NCBI GenBank assembly: GCA_035526025.1
Contig: DATLDE010000012.1
Span: 20,222 to 84,221 of the forward strand
Length of the DNA: 64,000 bases
Reading direction: 5' to 3'
Source of the DNA: Candidatus Limnocylindrales bacterium
GTDB taxonomy: Bacteria > Patescibacteriota > Microgenomatia > Levybacterales > UBA12049
Below are positions 63,389 through 64,000 of this stretch, piece by piece. Under the pieces are notes generated by a model. The model was not told the DNA's origin, made no database searches, and worked only from the letters and a program-made list of their open reading frames with translations. Both the position numbers and the translations under genes were made by a program. Position 1 is the stretch's first letter, and each line of letters starts with the position of its first letter.

Positions 63389-64000
63389 TAGATATTAAAA
63401 CAAAAAAAGAATTAGAAATAATGAAAACCGGAGGGCATATGCTTGCCGAAGTTCTAAATGATGTAATGAATGCAATAAAGCCTGGGGTTACGGAATTGGA
63501 ACTAGATCAGTTGGCTGAGAAGCTGATAAGGCAAAAAGGCGGTGAGCCGGGGTTTAAAAAAGTAAGAGGATATCATCACAGTATCTGCATGTCCACAAAT
63601 GATGTTGTGGTTCATGGAATTCCAGGGGGTTATGTAATCAAAGAAGGGGACGTGGTAGGGGTTGATTGCGGGGTATATTACAAAGGTTTTCATACGGATA
63701 TGGCTGAAACAATTCTCGTTTCAAGTCAAAAGTCAAAAGTCAAAAGTCAAAAGAATGTGGAGAAATTTTTAGAGGTTGGGAAGCAGGCGCATGAGGTGGG
63801 TGTAAAAGTAGCAGTAATAGGTAATAGAGTAGGTCATATTTCAAAAGCTATTCAGGATATTGTTGAGAGAGAATCAGGATACTCAGTCGTTCGCAGCCTG
63901 ATCGGTCATGGAGTGGGACGCGCGCTTCATGAGGATCCAGAAGTGCCAGGCTATTTGGTAGGTAGAATTGAAAAAACACCACTACTTCAGGAAGGTATGA
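63385..64000 (+). CDS. map: Methionine aminopeptidase type I, partial (C-terminus beyond window)
   Basis: MIDIKTKKELEIMKTGGHMLAEVL...GYHHSICMSTNDVVVHGIP...DCGVYYKGFHTDMAET; contains an in-frame heptamer repeat insertion. Confidence 0.85.
   Translation, partial: MIDIKTKKELEIMKTGGHMLAEVLNDVMNAIKPGVTELELDQLAEKLIRQKGGEPGFKKVRGYHHSICMSTNDVVVHGIPGGYVIKEGDVVGVDCGVYYKGFHTDMAETILVSSQKSKVKSQKNVEKFLEVGKQAHEVGVKVAVIGNRVGHISKAIQDIVERESGYSVVRSLIGHGVGRALHEDPEVPGYLVGRIEKTPLLQEGM
63723..63753 (+). repeat. Heptanucleotide tandem repeat (AAGTCAA)x4 + AAG inside map coding sequence
   Basis: Read directly from the sequence; encodes SQKSKVKSQK, inserted where MAPs normally have a short conserved loop. Confidence 0.9.

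Noticed and set aside
1-64000. CRISPR array or cas genes
   Set aside because: There are no regularly spaced 25-40-bp direct repeats. The only tandem repeats are the 7-nt x4 coding microsatellites and the AT-rich block at 10.6 kb.

Overview
This is a low-GC (~35%) bacterial fragment with small, tightly packed genes. Gene content and order are consistent with a Patescibacteria/CPR-type genome (inference). Five kinds of evidence point that way: the S10-spc ribosomal cluster has no rpmD (L30); L3, L4, L22 and L24 carry K/E-rich extensions; many ribosomal genes overlap; GT-C/GT39-type glycosyltransferases are abundant; and a DUF4012-like protein is present. The standard genetic code fits, because TGA terminates dnaN at its conserved C-terminus.

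Layout:
- 1-5.2 kb: housekeeping genes (partial DNA alkylation repair gene, pgk, an HD-domain hydrolase, DedA, a ComEC-related MBL protein).
- 5.2-10.6 kb: membrane and envelope proteins.
- 10.7-15.5 kb: the replication-origin neighbourhood, jag-yidC-yidD-rnpA-rpmH divergent from dnaA-dnaN, with DnaA boxes. rpmH is missed by the ORF track.
- 15.5-23.5 kb: a minus-strand operon that looks like a minimal monoderm-type type IV secretion/conjugation-like apparatus. It has a VirB2-like pilin, a PrgI/VirB3-like protein, a VirB4 ATPase, a VirB1-like lytic transglycosylase, a second cell-wall hydrolase (M15) and small membrane proteins. This is the most system-like feature in the window.
- 23.5-37 kb: a polyprenol-phosphate-sugar-type glycosylation island. 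It has a Chlor_Arch_YYY protein, three GT-C/GT39 paralogs, a GT2, two SDR epimerases/dehydratases, an FAD oxidoreductase, and one GC-rich foreign-looking ORF.
- 37-40 kb: an orphan pilN-pilO pair with a large surface protein.
- 40.1-51.3 kb: fusA and tuf are split by a ~7.8 kb accessory insertion. It carries a GC-rich small ORF, a hicBA cassette flanked by a duplicated 72-bp copy of the neighbouring deacetylase 5' end, a PIG-L deacetylase, a VOC protein, a GH18-like protein, and two tandem paralogous ~750-aa surface proteins.
- 51.3-64 kb: rpsJ (bracketed by two intrinsic terminators), rplC through rplO, secY, adk, cmk, and map (partial).

Two further points. Four 7-nt x4 microsatellite tracts sit in-frame inside coding sequence: three in one membrane protein gene and one in map, and two of them have near-identical units. 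No rRNA, tRNA or CRISPR array was recognised.
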